Positions 61,140 to 64,000 of a stretch of 64,000 nucleotides of DNA are shown here, in pieces (the stretch's first letter is position 1; each line of letters starts with the position of its first letter). The translations under genes and the position numbers were made by a program. The DNA comes from Escherichia coli (lineage in GTDB: Bacteria > Pseudomonadota > Gammaproteobacteria > Enterobacterales > Enterobacteriaceae): assembly GCF_009931435.1 (NCBI RefSeq), contig NZ_CP043414.1, one strand, 5' to 3'. Below the pieces are notes generated by a model that worked only from the letters and a program-made list of their open reading frames with translations, had not been told where the DNA came from and ran no database searches.

Positions 61140-61865
61140 TTATTCCGTGATTAAAGTCCCTTCTTTTTCACCCATTACCACACGGCGCAGCGCACCCGGT
61201 TTGTTCATATTGAAAACACGAATCGGTAATTTATGGTCACGAGCCAGCGTGAAGGCCGCCAGGTCCATGACTTTCAGCTCTTTTTCCAGCACTTCGCTGT
61301 AAGTCAGTTGCTCGTACATCGTTGCGGTTGGATCTTTCGCCGGATCAGCAGTAAACACGCCGTCAACTTTGGTTGCTTTCAGCACCACATCGGCTTCAAT
61401 TTCGATACCACGCAGGCAAGCTGCAGAGTCGGTGGTAAAGAACGGGTTACCTGTACCGGCGGAGAGGATCACCACACGATTGTTGCGCAACAGGCTAATC
61501 GCTTCTGCCCAGCTGTAGCTGTCGCACACGCCATTCAATGGAATAGCGGACATCAGACGAGCGTTCACATAGGCGCGGTGCAGTGCATCACGCATTGCCA
61601 GGCCGTTCATTACGGTCGCCAGCATCCCCATGTGGTCGCCCACAACGCGGTTCATACCCGCTTTCGCCAGACCAGCGCCACGGAACAGGTTACCCCCACC
61701 AATCACCACACCAACCTGAATACCCAGTTCAACCAGTTCTTTGATTTCCTGAGCCATGCGATCCAGTATGCTTGCATCAATACCGAAGCCTTCCGTGCCC
61801 TGCAGAGCTTCGCCACTCAACTTAAGCAGAATGCGTTTATAGACGGGTTTTGCATTGGTAGCCAT
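61140..61865 (-). CDS. pyrH: Uridylate (UMP) kinase
   Basis: 241 aa, [23 protein letters not shown]...; matches PyrH. Confidence 0.95.
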   Translation of the reverse strand: MATNAKPVYKRILLKLSGEALQGTEGFGIDASILDRMAQEIKELVELGIQVGVVIGGGNLFRGAGLAKAGMNRVVGDHMGMLATVMNGLAMRDALHRAYVNARLMSAIPLNGVCDSYSWAEAISLLRNNRVVILSAGTGNPFFTTDSAACLRGIEIEADVVLKATKVDGVFTADPAKDPTATMYEQLTYSEVLEKELKVMDLAAFTLARDHKLPIRVFNMNKPGALRRVVMGEKEGTLITE

Positions 61866-61973
61866 GTTTCTTTCCTGAGACTGTCAACGATTGAAATGAA
61901 TTAATACCGGCGACATTGTACGTCGCTTTTCAGCGCAGCCCCATAAGGGTTAGCTGAATTTACAAGATGGGCG

Positions 61974-62000
61974 CAAAAAGAAGCCGCCCTCAGGCGGCTC
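61974..62000 (-). terminator. Rho-independent terminator after tsf
   Basis: On the minus strand: AGCCGCC-TGAG-GGCGGCT hairpin followed by a T-run. Confidence 0.6.
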
Positions 62001-62011
62001 CTTTTCGATAA

Positions 62012-62863
62012 TTAAGACTGCTTGGACATCGCAGCAACTTCTGCTGCAAAGTCAGTCTCAACTTTCTCGATGCCTTCACCTACTTCGAAGCGGATGAAGC
62101 CAGTCACTTCAGCGTTATGCTCTTTCAGCAGCTGACCAACAGTTTTGCTTGGTTCCATAACGAACGGCTGACCGGTCAGAGAAACTTCGCCGGTGAATTT
62201 CTTCATGCGGCCTTCAACCATTTTCTCTGCGATTTCTTTCGGCTTACCAGACTGCATCGCGATATCCAGCTGAACCTGGTATTCTTTCTCTACCACTTCA
62301 GCGGAAACGTCTTCCGGTTTGATGAATTCTGGTTTGCTTGCAGCAACGTGCATAGCGATGTGTTTAACCAGCTCTTCGTCAGCGCCTTTAGCAGCAACCA
62401 GAACGCCGATACGCGCACCGTGCTGATAAGAACCCAGAACGTCGCCTTCCAGCGCAGCAACGCGGCGAATGTTGATGTTTTCACCGATTTTCGCTACCAG
62501 CGCAACACGTTCTTCTTCGAACTGTGCTTTCAGAACTTCAACGTCAGTGATTTTGCCAGCAACAGCTGCGTCCAGAACTTTGTCTGCGAACGCCTGGAAA
62601 CCAGCGTCTTTTGCAACGAAGTCAGTCTGGCAGTTAACTTCCAGAATGATGCCGTAGTTGCCGTCGATTTTGGTTTTGATCACGCCGTCAGCAGCAACGT
62701 TGCCTGCTTTTTTCGCTGCTTTGATAGCACCGGACTTACGCATGTTTTCGATTGCCAGCTCGATGTCGCCGTTAGCTTCAGTCAGTGCTTTTTTGCAATC
62801 CATCATGCCTGCGCCAGTACGCTCACGCAGCTCTTTTACCAGGGATGCGGTAATTTCAGCCAT
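62012..62863 (-). CDS. tsf: Translation elongation factor Ts
   Basis: 283 aa, [27 protein letters not shown]...; matches EF-Ts. Confidence 0.95.
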
Positions 62864-62920
62864 TCTAAAATCCTCGGAGATGTGATCTGCCCGGCGTTAA
62901 ACCGCACAGATATAAAAGTG

Positions 62921-62946
62921 AAAAAGGGGGCCATATGCAGGCCCCC
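62921..62946 (-). terminator. Intercistronic hairpin terminator/attenuator between rpsB and tsf
   Basis: On the minus strand: GGGGGCC-TGCATAT-GGCCCCC followed by T5, in the 258-nt rpsB-tsf spacer. Confidence 0.6.
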
Positions 62947-63121
62947 TAACCAAACGTGTACTACCTGGTCTATAAGGGCTCTCCCCCCTTCATATTTCGC
63001 GCCGCAGATGCGTTGTCTTCGCTCGCTCATCCCGGTCACTTACTGATGTAAGCTCCCGGGAATTCTCGAGCTTGCCGCCTTTCTGCAACTCGAACTATTT
63101 TGGGGGAGTTATCAAGCCTTA

Positions 63122-64000
<879 letters not shown>

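Overview
The window reads as an Escherichia coli-type chromosomal segment in which a conserved housekeeping backbone abuts an accessory type VI secretion system (T6SS) island at the aspV tRNA-Asp gene. All calls come from reading the six-frame ORF track and the sequence by eye against remembered protein families and RNA sequences; no search or computation was run. Positions 1-13854 carry a co-directional T6SS core block (partial upstream gene, tssJ, tssK, tssL, clpV, vasI-like, tssA, tssM, vasL-like, hcp). Positions 13897-16215 form an AT-rich module with two uncharacterised membrane-protein genes and the yafT lipoprotein gene, ending at aspV (16541-16617). The most interesting item is the gene pair directly downstream of hcp (13897-14811 and 14821-15288), which I propose as an undescribed Hcp-linked membrane-targeting effector with its immunity protein; this is inference only. 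The rest is backbone: dnaQ, rnhA, yafS, gloB, mltD, yafE, yafD, yafC, dkgB, a complete rrnH-type rRNA operon on the minus strand (16S, tRNA-Ile, tRNA-Ala, 23S, 5S, tRNA-Asp), gmhB, metNIQ, rcsF, tsaA, proS, yaeF, nlpE, arfB, yaeQ, yaeP, rof, tilS, yaeR, ldcC, and the envelope/replication block accA through rpsB. No CRISPR array, integrase or transposase was seen.
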